From assembly GCF_054482525.1 (NCBI RefSeq), contig NZ_CM137006.1: a DNA stretch of 64,000 bases. One strand, 5' to 3'. Under the pieces are notes generated by a model. The model worked only from the letters and a program-made list of their open reading frames with translations, did no database searches and had not been told where the DNA came from. Shown piece after piece: positions 49,217 to 59,186 of this stretch (positions are counted from its first letter, which is position 1; each line of letters opens with the position of its first letter). The position numbers and the translations under genes were made by a program.

Positions 49217-50881
49217 ATGTGTTCAATTTTTGGCGTATTCGATATCAAAACAGACGCAGTTGAGCTGCGCAAGAAAGCACTCGAGCTGTCACGCCTGATG
49301 CGTCATCGTGGCCCGGACTGGTCCGGTATTTATGCCAGCGATAACGCCATTCTCGCCCACGAACGTCTGTCCATTGTTGACGTTAACGCGGGGGCGCAAC
49401 CTCTCTACAACCAACAAAAAACCCACGTGCTGGCAGTAAACGGTGAAATCTACAACCACCAGGCATTGCGCGCTGAATATGGCGATCGTTACCAGTTCCA
49501 GACCGGGTCTGACTGTGAAGTTATCCTCGCGCTGTATCAGGAAAAAGGGCCGGAATTTCTCGACGACTTGCAGGGCATGTTTGCCTTTGCCCTGTACGAC
49601 AGCGAAAAAGATGCGTATCTGATTGGTCGCGACCATCTGGGGATCATCCCACTGTATATGGGCTATGACGAACATGGTCAGCTGTATGTGGCCTCAGAAA
49701 TGAAAGCCCTGGTGCCGGTATGCCGCACGATTAAAGAGTTCCCGGCGGGGAGCTATTTGTGGAGTCAGGACGGCGAAATCCGTTCTTATTATCACCGCGA
49801 CTGGTTCGACTTTGATGCAGTGAAAGATAACGTGACCGACAAAAACGAGCTGCGTCAGGCACTGGAAGATTCCGTTAAAAGCCATCTGATGTCTGATGTG
49901 CCTTACGGTGTGCTGCTTTCTGGTGGTCTGGATTCCTCAATTATTTCCGCGATCACCAAGAAATACGCCGCCCGTCGCGTGGAAGATCAGGAACGTTCTG
50001 AAGCCTGGTGGCCGCAGTTACACTCCTTTGCTGTAGGTCTGCCGGGTTCACCGGATCTGAAAGCAGCCCAGGAAGTGGCAAACCATCTGGGCACTGTGCA
50101 TCACGAAATTCACTTCACTGTACAGGAAGGTCTGGACGCCATCCGCGACGTGATTTACCACATCGAAACCTATGATGTGACCACTATTCGCGCTTCAACA
50201 CCGATGTATTTAATGTCGCGTAAGATCAAAGCGATGGGCATTAAAATGGTGCTGTCCGGTGAAGGTTCTGATGAAGTGTTTGGCGGTTATCTTTACTTCC
50301 ACAAAGCACCGAATGCCAAAGAACTGCATGAAGAGACGGTGCGTAAACTGCTGGCCCTGCATATGTATGACTGCGCGCGTGCCAACAAAGCGATGTCAGC
50401 CTGGGGCGTGGAGGCACGCGTTCCGTTCCTCGACAAAAAATTCCTTGATGTGGCGATGCGCATTAACCCACAGGATAAAATGTGCGGTAACGGCAAAATG
50501 GAAAAACACATCCTGCGTGAATGTTTTGAAGCGTATCTGCCTGCAAGCGTGGCCTGGCGGCAGAAAGAGCAGTTCTCCGATGGCGTCGGTTACAGTTGGA
50601 TCGATACCCTGAAAGAAGTGGCGGCGCAGCAGGTTTCTGATCAACAGCTGGAAACTGCCCGCTTCCGCTTCCCGTACAACACGCCGACGTCCAAAGAAGC
50701 GTATCTGTACCGGGAGATCTTTGAAGAACTGTTCCCACTTCCGAGCGCCGCTGAGTGCGTGCCGGGCGGTCCTTCCGTCGCGTGTTCTTCCGCTAAAGCG
50801 ATCGAATGGGATGAAGCGTTCAAGAAAATGGACGATCCATCTGGTCGTGCGGTTGGTGTTCACCAGTCGGCGTATAAGTAA
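49217..50881 (+). CDS. asnB: Asparagine synthetase B (glutamine-hydrolysing)
   Basis: 554 aa from MCSIFGVFDIK (N-terminal Cys nucleophile). Confidence 0.95.
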   Translation: MCSIFGVFDIKTDAVELRKKALELSRLMRHRGPDWSGIYASDNAILAHERLSIVDVNAGAQPLYNQQKTHVLAVNGEIYNHQALRAEYGDRYQFQTGSDCEVILALYQEKGPEFLDDLQGMFAFALYDSEKDAYLIGRDHLGIIPLYMGYDEHGQLYVASEMKALVPVCRTIKEFPAGSYLWSQDGEIRSYYHRDWFDFDAVKDNVTDKNELRQALEDSVKSHLMSDVPYGVLLSGGLDSSIISAITKKYAARRVEDQERSEAWWPQLHSFAVGLPGSPDLKAAQEVANHLGTVHHEIHFTVQEGLDAIRDVIYHIETYDVTTIRASTPMYLMSRKIKAMGIKMVLSGEGSDEVFGGYLYFHKAPNAKELHEETVRKLLALHMYDCARANKAMSAWGVEARVPFLDKKFLDVAMRINPQDKMCGNGKMEKHILRECFEAYLPASVAWRQKEQFSDGVGYSWIDTLKEVAAQQVSDQQLETARFRFPYNTPTSKEAYLYREIFEELFPLPSAAECVPGGPSVACSSAKAIEWDEAFKKMDDPSGRAVGVHQSAYK

Positions 50882-50890
50882 GAAATGCGA

Positions 50891-50920
50891 AACAGCCCCG
50901 GTGAAATCCGGGGCTGTTTC
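50891..50920 (+). terminator. asnB rho-independent terminator
   Basis: aacagccccggtgaaatccggggctgttt. Confidence 0.6.
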
Positions 50921-51192
50921 AGTTATTGTGCTGCTTGTTGATTCTGATATGCAGTAAGGAAATGTTCCGGGTTTGCCACATCACTGTTTGACAACTCATC
51001 ACTGTAGGCCAGTATTTCATAGATTAATTTCCCACCACTATTGTTGAATTCCGAATTTCATCCTGTATGACAAAAGAATGGCTGTAGGGTGGGGAAAAAA
51101 CACAAAGTAAACAATAATTGACGAATATAGCGCCACGCTGTTCGCAACCTAACCAAACAGTCACTTTCGAGCAATTTTCCTTGAAAAAGAGG

Positions 51193-51221
51193 TTGACGCT
51201 GCAAGGCTCTATACGCATAAT
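51193..51221 (+). promoter_or_regulatory. Sigma70 promoter of the tRNA operon
   Basis: -35 TTGACG, 17-bp spacer, -10 CATAAT, then a GC-rich discriminator (gcgccccgc) typical of stringently controlled stable-RNA promoters. Confidence 0.65.
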
Positions 51222-51260
51222 GCGCCCCGCAACGCCGATAAGGTATCGCGAAAAAAAGAT

Positions 51261-51337
51261 GGCTACGTAGCTCAGTTGGTTAGAGCACATCACTCATAAT
51301 GATGGGGTCACAGGTTCGAATCCCGTCGTAGCCACCA
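51261..51337 (+). tRNA. metT: tRNA-Met (elongator, anticodon CAU)
   Basis: 77-nt GGCUACGUAGCUCAGUUGGUUAGAGCACAUCACUCAUAAUGAUGGGGUCACAGGUUCGAAUCCCGUCGUAGCCACCA with encoded CCA. Confidence 0.9.
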
Positions 51338-51345
51338 TCTTTTTT

Positions 51346-51430
51346 GCGGGAGTGGCGAAATTGGTAGACGCACCAGATTTAGGTTCTGGCGCCGCAAGGT
51401 GTGCGAGTTCAAGTCTCGCCTCCCGCACCA
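51346..51430 (+). tRNA. leuW: tRNA-Leu (anticodon UAG)
   Basis: 85-nt class II tRNA with long variable arm, ending CACCA. Confidence 0.85.
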
Positions 51431-51453
51431 TTCACCAGAAAGCGTTGTACGGA

Positions 51454-51528
51454 TGGGGTATCGCCAAGCGGTAAGGCACCGGTTTTTGATACCGGCATTC
51501 CCTGGTTCGAATCCAGGTACCCCAGCCA
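51454..51528 (+). tRNA. glnU: tRNA-Gln (anticodon UUG)
   Basis: 75-nt UGGGGUAUCGCCAAGCGGUAAGGCACCGGUUUUUGAUACCGG...CCAGCCA. Confidence 0.9.
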
Positions 51529-51562
51529 TCTTCTTCGAGTAAGCGGTTCACCGCCCGGTTAT

Positions 51563-51637
51563 TGGGGTATCGCCAAGCGGTAAGGCACCGGTTTTTGATA
51601 CCGGCATTCCCTGGTTCGAATCCAGGTACCCCAGCCA
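51563..51637 (+). tRNA. glnW: tRNA-Gln (anticodon UUG)
   Basis: Identical copy of the preceding tRNA-Gln. Confidence 0.9.
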
Positions 51638-51652
51638 TCGAAGAAACAATCT

Positions 51653-51729
51653 GGCTACGTAGCTCAGTTGGTTAGAGCACATCACTCATAATGATGGGGT
51701 CACAGGTTCGAATCCCGTCGTAGCCACCA
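51653..51729 (+). tRNA. metU: tRNA-Met (elongator, anticodon CAU)
   Basis: Identical copy of the first tRNA-Met. Confidence 0.9.
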
Positions 51730-51777
51730 AATTCTGAATGTGTCGAATATGTTCGGCAAATTCAAAAACCAATTTGT

Positions 51778-51852
51778 TGGGGTATCGCCAAGCGGTAAGG
51801 CACCGGATTCTGATTCCGGCATTCCGAGGTTCGAATCCTCGTACCCCAGCCA
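51778..51852 (+). tRNA. glnV: tRNA-Gln (anticodon CUG)
   Basis: 75-nt; anticodon loop GGAUUCUGAUUCC. Confidence 0.9.
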
Positions 51853-51889
51853 ATTTATTCAAGACGCTTACCTTGTAAGTGCACCCAGT

Positions 51890-51964
51890 TGGGGTATCGC
51901 CAAGCGGTAAGGCACCGGATTCTGATTCCGGCATTCCGAGGTTCGAATCCTCGTACCCCAGCCA
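51890..51964 (+). tRNA. glnX: tRNA-Gln (anticodon CUG)
   Basis: Identical copy of the preceding CUG tRNA-Gln. Confidence 0.9.
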
Positions 51965-51969
51965 CATTA

Positions 51970-51996
51970 AAAAAGCTCGCTTCGGCGAGCTTTTTG
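51970..51996 (+). terminator. tRNA operon rho-independent terminator
   Basis: aaaagctcgcttcggcgagcttttt. Confidence 0.75.
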
Positions 51997-52053
51997 CTTT
52001 TCTGCGTATATTCAATGCCGAATGCGATGTTGACTCGTCTTATCCTTCAAAGT

Positions 52054-52087
52054 CGGATGCGACGCTGCCGCGTCTTATCCGACCTAC
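52054..52087. repeat. REP element
   Basis: cggatgcgacgctgccgcgtcttatccgacctac. Confidence 0.7.
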
Positions 52088-52117
52088 GGTTGGCATGCAT
52101 CCAGCAATGTTGTGAGG

Positions 52118-53293
52118 CTACAACCCTAACGCATATTTCAGCGCCTGACGTTTCAACATGCCAGCACGCTCCGCCGCCATCAAACCAAGATTACGCACAA
52201 AACGCAGTGGTGGCAGATTATTGCTGAATCCGGCATAGAACAGATCCATACCGCTCTGCATAATGAAGTTATCCGCCATGCGCCGCATCTGGTAACGCTT
52301 GAGGATCGGATAACTGGCCCACGCTTCGCCACGGCTGCGAGCGTTGACCAGAACGTCAATCAGGGCATCGACATCACGATAACCAAGATTCACCCCCTGC
52401 CCCGCCAGCGGATGGATGGTATGCGCGGCATCGCCCACCAGCGCAAGCCCCGGCTGCACATACTGCAACGCATGGCGGCGCGTCAGCGGAAAAGCGCCAG
52501 CGGCAAGCGGTGTTACATACCCAAGACGCGACGGGAAATGCTTCGCGATTTCCGCCTGTAACTGCGCCATATTCATATTCTGCAACTGGCGAATGCGTGC
52601 CGGAGAGTCATACCACACCAGCGATGCCCAGTTATCAAACAACGGCAGAAACGCACGAGGTCCATCCGGGGTAAATTGCTGCCAGGTGCTGTCGCCGGGA
52701 TCGTTCTCACACTGTACGCTAATCAACATGCACGACTGCGCATACTGCCAGGCATGAACGCCAATTCCCGCCATCTGCCGCACCTGCGAATTTGCGCCGT
52801 CGGCACCAATCACCAGCTTCGCGCGGATCGTTTCACCGCCCTTCAGTTCCAGCTCCTGAAGATCATCATGGCGATGCAGCGCAATCAGCGAGGTTGGCAC
52901 ACGTAACGTTACTTTCGGATGCGCTTCCAGCGCCTGCCACAACGCCTGTTGCAGGACAGTGTTTTCCACCATATAGCCAAGCAGCGGTAGCTTAAGTTCA
53001 GCGGCGTCAAACACCACATGCGCCGTTTCCCACTCCCACGTTTCCAGCCTTCGATAAGGATGGCAACGCATGGCCTGTACCGCGTCCCAGACACCTAAAC
53101 CTTTAAGCAGAGACACCGACGCGGCGCTGATCGCTGAGATCCGCACGTCCGGTTGGCTGTCAGCGATAAACGGTGCAGGTTCTGCGTGCTCGATCACCGT
53201 TACCGAAAATCCGTGCTGTGCCAGCCCCAGCGCCAGTGCGCCGCCGACCATTCCTCCGCCGACAATGGCAATTTCCGTTGGTTGATTTGTCAT
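52118..53293 (-). CDS. ubiF: Ubiquinone biosynthesis FAD-dependent hydroxylase
   Basis: 391 aa from MTNQPTEIAIVGGGMVGGALALGL (FAD-binding fold). Confidence 0.9.
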   Translation of the reverse strand: MTNQPTEIAIVGGGMVGGALALGLAQHGFSVTVIEHAEPAPFIADSQPDVRISAISAASVSLLKGLGVWDAVQAMRCHPYRRLETWEWETAHVVFDAAELKLPLLGYMVENTVLQQALWQALEAHPKVTLRVPTSLIALHRHDDLQELELKGGETIRAKLVIGADGANSQVRQMAGIGVHAWQYAQSCMLISVQCENDPGDSTWQQFTPDGPRAFLPLFDNWASLVWYDSPARIRQLQNMNMAQLQAEIAKHFPSRLGYVTPLAAGAFPLTRRHALQYVQPGLALVGDAAHTIHPLAGQGVNLGYRDVDALIDVLVNARSRGEAWASYPILKRYQMRRMADNFIMQSGMDLFYAGFSNNLPPLRFVRNLGLMAAERAGMLKRQALKYALGL

Positions 53294-53438
53294 GGTCAAT
53301 CATCCTGTTAGCAATATGCTTTAAGTTTACAGGATTTTTACCCCTAAGGGCTGATAACGCTCATACTGGTCACAACGGCAGCAAAGCATTACACTATGCG
53401 CCCTGCATTCCTGGCTACTATTTCGCAAGAGCAAGTCG

Positions 53439-54863
53439 ATGACCAAAAAACTCCATATTAAAACCTGGGGCTGTCAGATGAACGAGTACGATTCATCGAA
53501 GATGGCCGATCTGCTGGATGCCACCCACGGCTATCAACTGACCGACGTGGCGGAAGAAGCGGATGTGCTGCTGCTGAACACCTGCTCAATCCGCGAGAAG
53601 GCTCAGGAAAAAGTCTTCCATCAGTTGGGTCGCTGGAAACTGTTAAAAGAGAAGAATCCAGACCTGATTATCGGCGTCGGCGGCTGCGTGGCATCGCAAG
53701 AAGGCGAGCACATTCGCCAGCGCGCCCACTATGTCGATATTATTTTTGGACCGCAAACGCTGCACCGTCTGCCGGAGATGATCAACTCCGTGCGCGGCGA
53801 CCGCAGCCCGGTTGTAGATATCAGCTTCCCGGAAATCGAGAAGTTTGACCGTCTGCCGGAACCGCGCGCCGAAGGGCCGACCGCGTTTGTCTCCATCATG
53901 GAAGGCTGCAATAAATATTGCACCTACTGCGTAGTGCCTTACACCCGTGGTGAAGAGGTAAGCCGTCCGTCCGACGATATTCTGTTTGAGATCGCCCAGC
54001 TTGCGGCTCAGGGCGTGCGTGAAGTCAACCTGCTCGGTCAGAACGTGAACGCCTGGCGTGGTGAAAACTACGACGGCACCACCGGATCGTTTGCCGATCT
54101 GCTGCGTCTGGTTGCGGCGATCGACGGGATCGATCGTATTCGCTTTACCACCAGCCATCCGATCGAATTCACCGACGATATCATCGAAGTGTACCGCGAC
54201 ACGCCGGAGCTGGTGAGCTTCCTGCATCTGCCGGTACAGAGCGGTTCCGATCGCATTCTGAACCTGATGGGACGTACCCATACAGCGCTGGAGTACAAAG
54301 CGATCATCCGTAAACTGCGTGCAGCGCGTCCGGATATTCAGATCAGTTCTGACTTCATCGTTGGCTTCCCTGGTGAAACCACCGAAGACTTCGAGAAAAC
54401 GATGAAGCTGATTGCCGACGTCAATTTCGACATGAGCTACAGCTTTATCTTCTCTGCACGTCCGGGTACGCCAGCCGCCGATATGGTTGATGATGTTCCG
54501 GAAGAAGAGAAGAAGCAGCGTCTGTATATTCTACAAGAACGTATTAATCAGCAAGCGATGGCATGGAGCCGCCGGATGCTCGGCACCACCCAGCGTATTC
54601 TGGTAGAAGGTACATCGCGTAAGAGCATCATGGAGCTTTCCGGTCGCACTGAAAATAACCGCGTGGTCAACTTCGAGGGCACACCGGATATGATCGGTAA
54701 ATTCGTCGATGTAGAAATTACCGACGTCTACCCGAACTCTCTGCGCGGTAAAGTGGTGCGAACTGAAGATGAAATGGGTCTGCGCGTGGCAGAAACACCG
54801 GAATCGGTCATTGCCCGTACCCGCAAAGAAAACGACCTTGGCGTGGGTTATTATCAGCCGTAA
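53439..54863 (+). CDS. miaB: tRNA methylthiotransferase (radical SAM)
   Basis: 474 aa; radical-SAM CxxxCxxC (CNKYCTYC). Confidence 0.95.
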
Positions 54864-55015
54864 TTCTCAGGCCCGCCGTTCCGGTGGGCCTTGTTTTTTC
54901 TCTCTTTATCCCCATCTTTATCGCAATGCTTGCGCCTTTTTCCTGTGGCGTGAATAATTTCCTTATAGGCCGGTGAATGTTCAGCTTCCGGCGACATACA
55001 GATAAGAGGAACGGT

Positions 55016-56056
55016 TTGAACATAGACACTCGCGAAATCACCCTGGAGCCAGCAGACAATGCGCGTCTGTTGAGCCTGTGCGGCCCGTTTGATGACAACA
55101 TCAAACAGCTCGAACGCCGTCTCGGCATCGAGATCAATCGCCGCGATAACCACTTTAAACTGACCGGCCGTCCGATTTGCGTCACCGCTGCGGCAGACAT
55201 TCTGCGTAGCCTGTATGTCGATACAGCCCCGATGCGCGGTCAGATTCAGGATATTGAACCGGAACAGATCCACCTTGCGATTAAAGAAGCGCGGGTACTG
55301 GAGCAAAGCGCGGAGAGCGTGCCGGAGTACGGCAAAGCGGTCAATATCAAAACCAAACGTGGCGTAATCAAGCCGCGCACGCCAAACCAGGCGCAGTACA
55401 TCGCCAATATTCTCGACCATGACATCACCTTCGGCGTTGGCCCGGCGGGTACGGGTAAAACCTACCTGGCAGTGGCTGCGGCAGTTGATGCCCTAGAGCG
55501 TCAGGAAATTCGCCGTATTCTGCTGACTCGTCCGGCGGTAGAAGCCGGTGAGAAACTGGGCTTCCTGCCTGGCGATTTAAGCCAGAAAGTAGACCCGTAT
55601 TTGCGCCCGCTGTACGACGCGCTGTTTGAAATGCTGGGCTTTGAGAAAGTCGAGAAACTGATTGAGCGCAACGTTATTGAAGTCGCGCCGCTGGCCTATA
55701 TGCGTGGCCGTACGCTGAACGACGCGTTTATCATTCTCGATGAGAGCCAGAACACTACCATCGAACAGATGAAGATGTTCCTGACCCGTATCGGTTTTAA
55801 CTCAAAAGCGGTTATCACCGGCGACGTCACGCAGATCGACCTGCCGCGTAATACCAAGTCAGGCTTACGTCATGCCATCGAAGTGCTGGCTGACGTCGAA
55901 GAGATCAGCTTTAACTTCTTCCACAGCGAAGACGTGGTTCGTCACCCGGTGGTGGCGCGTATCGTTAACGCTTATGAAGCCTGGGAAGAAGCAGAACAAA
56001 AACGTAAAGCGGCGCTGGCAGCAGAACGCAAGCGCGAAGAACAGGAACAAAAATGA
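55016..56056 (+). CDS. ybeZ: PhoH-like ATPase
   Basis: ~346 aa from a probable TTG start ([12 protein letters not shown]); Walker A GPAGTGKT. Confidence 0.85.
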
Positions 56057-56520
56057 GTCAGGTGATCCTCGATTTACAACTGGCATGTGAAGATAATTCC
56101 GGGTTACCGGAAGAGAGCCAGTTTCAGACATGGCTGAATGCGGTGATCCCGCAGTTTCAGGAAGAATCGGAAGTGACGATTCGCGTGGTCGATACCGCCG
56201 AAAGCCACAGTCTGAATCTGACCTATCGTGGTAAGGATAAGCCGACCAACGTGCTCTCCTTCCCGTTTGAAGTACCGCCTGGCATGGAAATGTCGCTACT
56301 GGGCGATCTGGTTATCTGCCGTCAGGTGGTTGAGAAGGAAGCACAGGAGCAAGGCAAACCACTGGAGGCGCACTGGGCGCATATGGTGGTGCACGGCAGT
56401 CTGCATTTGTTAGGTTACGATCACATCGAAGATGACGAAGCAGAAGAAATGGAAGCCCTCGAAACAGAGATTATGCTTGCTCTGGGCTATGAGGATCCGT
56501 ACATTGCCGAGAAAGAATAA
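56053..56520 (+). CDS. ybeY: Endoribonuclease YbeY (16S rRNA maturation)
   Basis: 155 aa with [11 protein letters not shown] metal-binding motif. Confidence 0.95.
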
Positions 56521-56609
56521 TTTGCCAGGCATTTGACTGGCAGACGTCCCCGCCGTTGGTGATTAACGACGGCGTTTTGATTAACTAACATGAGAACCCA
56601 TACGACGCC

Positions 56610-57488
56610 ATGAGCGACGACAATTCACACAGTAGTGACACGATAAGCAACAAGAAGGGATTTTTCTCCCTGTTACTCAGCCAACTTTTCCACGGTGAAC
56701 CGAAAAACCGTGACGAACTGCTGGCGCTGATCCGTGATTCCGGGCAGAACGACCTTATCGACGAAGATACGCGCGATATGCTCGAAGGGGTGATGGACAT
56801 CGCAGACCAACGCGTCCGCGACATAATGATCCCCCGCTCCCAGATGATTACCCTGAAACGCAACCAGACGCTGGACGAATGCCTTGATGTCATCATCGAG
56901 TCCGCCCACTCACGTTTCCCGGTGATTAGCGAAGACAAAGATCACATTGAAGGGATTCTGATGGCGAAAGACTTGCTGCCGTTTATGCGCAGCGATGCTG
57001 AAGCCTTCAGCATGGACAAAGTGTTACGTCAGGCAGTTGTCGTTCCTGAAAGTAAGCGCGTAGACCGGATGCTGAAAGAGTTTCGCTCTCAGCGTTACCA
57101 CATGGCGATCGTCATTGACGAATTCGGTGGGGTTTCCGGTCTGGTGACCATTGAAGACATCCTGGAACTGATTGTTGGTGAGATTGAAGACGAGTATGAC
57201 GAAGAAGATGATATCGACTTCCGTCAGCTGAGTCGTCATACCTGGACCGTGCGCGCACTGGCTTCCATTGAAGACTTCAACGAGGCGTTCGGCACCCACT
57301 TTAGCGATGAAGAGGTCGACACTATCGGTGGTCTGGTGATGCAGGCATTTGGGCATCTTCCGGCGCGTGGCGAAACCATCGACATCGACGGTTACCAGTT
57401 CAAAGTGGCGATGGCCGACAGTCGGCGTATTATTCAGGTTCATGTCAAAATCCCGGATGACTCACCCCAGCCGAAGCTGGATGAATAA
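56610..57488 (+). CDS. corC: CBS-domain Mg/Co efflux-associated protein CorC
   Basis: 292 aa. Confidence 0.9.
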   Translation: MSDDNSHSSDTISNKKGFFSLLLSQLFHGEPKNRDELLALIRDSGQNDLIDEDTRDMLEGVMDIADQRVRDIMIPRSQMITLKRNQTLDECLDVIIESAHSRFPVISEDKDHIEGILMAKDLLPFMRSDAEAFSMDKVLRQAVVVPESKRVDRMLKEFRSQRYHMAIVIDEFGGVSGLVTIEDILELIVGEIEDEYDEEDDIDFRQLSRHTWTVRALASIEDFNEAFGTHFSDEEVDTIGGLVMQAFGHLPARGETIDIDGYQFKVAMADSRRIIQVHVKIPDDSPQPKLDE

Positions 57489-57512
57489 AACCGAAACTGG
57501 ATAGATAACTAC

Positions 57513-59054
57513 ATGGCTTTTGCCTCATTAATTGAACGCCAGCGCATTCGCCTGCTGCTGGCGTTATTATTCGGTGCCTGCGGAACGCTGGCCTTCTCTC
57601 CTTACGACGTCTGGCCTGCGGCGATTATTTCGCTGATGGGGCTTCAGGCGCTGACCTTTAACCGCCGTCCACTCCAGTCTGCCGCTATTGGCTTTTGCTG
57701 GGGATTTGGCCTCTTTGGCAGCGGTATTAACTGGGTCTATGTCAGCATCGCGACTTTTGGCGGAATGCCTGGCCCGGTTAACATCTTCCTGGTGGTGCTG
57801 CTGGCGGCGTATTTGTCGCTGTATACCGGACTGTTTGCTGGCGTGCTGTCGCGTCTGTGGCCGAAAACCACCTGGCTGCGCGTGGCGATTGCCGCCCCTG
57901 CTCTCTGGCAAGTGACCGAGTTTCTGCGCGGTTGGGTGCTGACCGGCTTCCCGTGGTTACAATTCGGCTATAGCCAGATTGATGGCCCGTTAAAAGGGCT
58001 GGCACCGATAATGGGCGTGGAAGCCATTAACTTCCTGCTGATGATGGTTAGTGGCCTGCTGGCACTGGCGTTGGTCAAACGCAACTGGCGTCCGCTGGTA
58101 GTGGCCGTCGTGCTGTTTGCCCTTCCCTTCCCGCTGCGTTACATCCAGTGGTTTACCCCGCAACCGGAGAAAAACATTCAGGTTTCGATGGTTCAGGGCG
58201 ATATTCCGCAATCACTGAAATGGGACGAAGGCCAGCTTCTTAATACGCTGAAGATTTACTACAACGCAACGGCACCGCTGATGGGCAAATCATCGTTGAT
58301 TATCTGGCCGGAGTCGGCGATAACCGATCTGGAAATTAATCAGCAACCGTTCCTCAAAGCACTGGACGGTGAGTTGCGTGATAAAGGTAGCTCGCTGGTC
58401 ACCGGGATTGTCGACGCGCGTCTCAATAAGCAGAACCGCTACGATACCTACAACACCATCATCACGCTGGGTAAAGGTGCACCGTACAGCTACGAATCAG
58501 CCGATCGCTATAACAAAAACCATCTGGTGCCATTTGGCGAGTTTGTCCCGCTGGAGTCGATTCTGCGTCCGTTAGCGCCGTTCTTTGATCTGCCGATGTC
58601 GTCGTTCAGCCGTGGGCCATATATCCAGCCACCGCTGTCGGTAAACGGTATTGAGCTTACTGCGGCTATTTGCTACGAGATCATACTTGGCGAGCAAGTG
58701 CGTGATAACTTCCGCCCGGATACCGATTATCTGCTGACTATCTCCAACGATGCGTGGTTTGGTAAATCTATTGGTCCATGGCAGCACTTCCAGATGGCGC
58801 GAATGCGTGCGCTGGAGTTGGCTCGCCCACTGCTGCGTAGCACCAACAACGGCATTACGGCGGTGATTGGTCCGCAGGGTGAGATTCAGGCGATGATCCC
58901 GCAATTCACCCGCGAGGTGTTAACCACTAACGTGACGCCGACCACCGGACTCACACCGTACGCACGTACCGGCAACTGGCCGCTGTGGGTACTGACGGCA
59001 TTGTTTGGTTTTGCCGCCGTGTTGATGAGTCTGCGTCAGCGACGTAAACGTTGA
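57513..59054 (+). CDS. lnt: Apolipoprotein N-acyltransferase
   Basis: 513-aa track [35 protein letters not shown]... Confidence 0.95.
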   Translation: MAFASLIERQRIRLLLALLFGACGTLAFSPYDVWPAAIISLMGLQALTFNRRPLQSAAIGFCWGFGLFGSGINWVYVSIATFGGMPGPVNIFLVVLLAAYLSLYTGLFAGVLSRLWPKTTWLRVAIAAPALWQVTEFLRGWVLTGFPWLQFGYSQIDGPLKGLAPIMGVEAINFLLMMVSGLLALALVKRNWRPLVVAVVLFALPFPLRYIQWFTPQPEKNIQVSMVQGDIPQSLKWDEGQLLNTLKIYYNATAPLMGKSSLIIWPESAITDLEINQQPFLKALDGELRDKGSSLVTGIVDARLNKQNRYDTYNTIITLGKGAPYSYESADRYNKNHLVPFGEFVPLESILRPLAPFFDLPMSSFSRGPYIQPPLSVNGIELTAAICYEIILGEQVRDNFRPDTDYLLTISNDAWFGKSIGPWQHFQMARMRALELARPLLRSTNNGITAVIGPQGEIQAMIPQFTREVLTTNVTPTTGLTPYARTGNWPLWVLTALFGFAAVLMSLRQRRKR

Positions 59055-59069
59055 TGTGAATGATGCGCT

Positions 59070-59100
59070 GGCCTGCAAAATTGCATCAATTTTGCAGGCC
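59070..59100. repeat. Perfect 13-bp-arm inverted repeat (ggcctgcaaaatt-gcatc-aattttgcaggcc) between convergent lnt and the rhomboid gene
   Basis: Read from the sequence; no adjacent U-tract. Confidence 0.5.
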
Positions 59101-59186
59101 AGATAAACCGTTCACACCGCATCCGGTATCAACAAAACGTACTTCCTCATTGAGCTGTGGGGCGTGATTATCATGCCCCTTTTTTC

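Noticed and set aside
51024-52227. Track ORFs overlapping the tRNA cluster (e.g. 51308..51529, 51432..51638, 51686..52015, 51889..52227)
   Set aside because: They overlap tRNA genes and REP elements; their translations, rich in G/F/E/P, are read-throughs of tRNA stems and are not coding.
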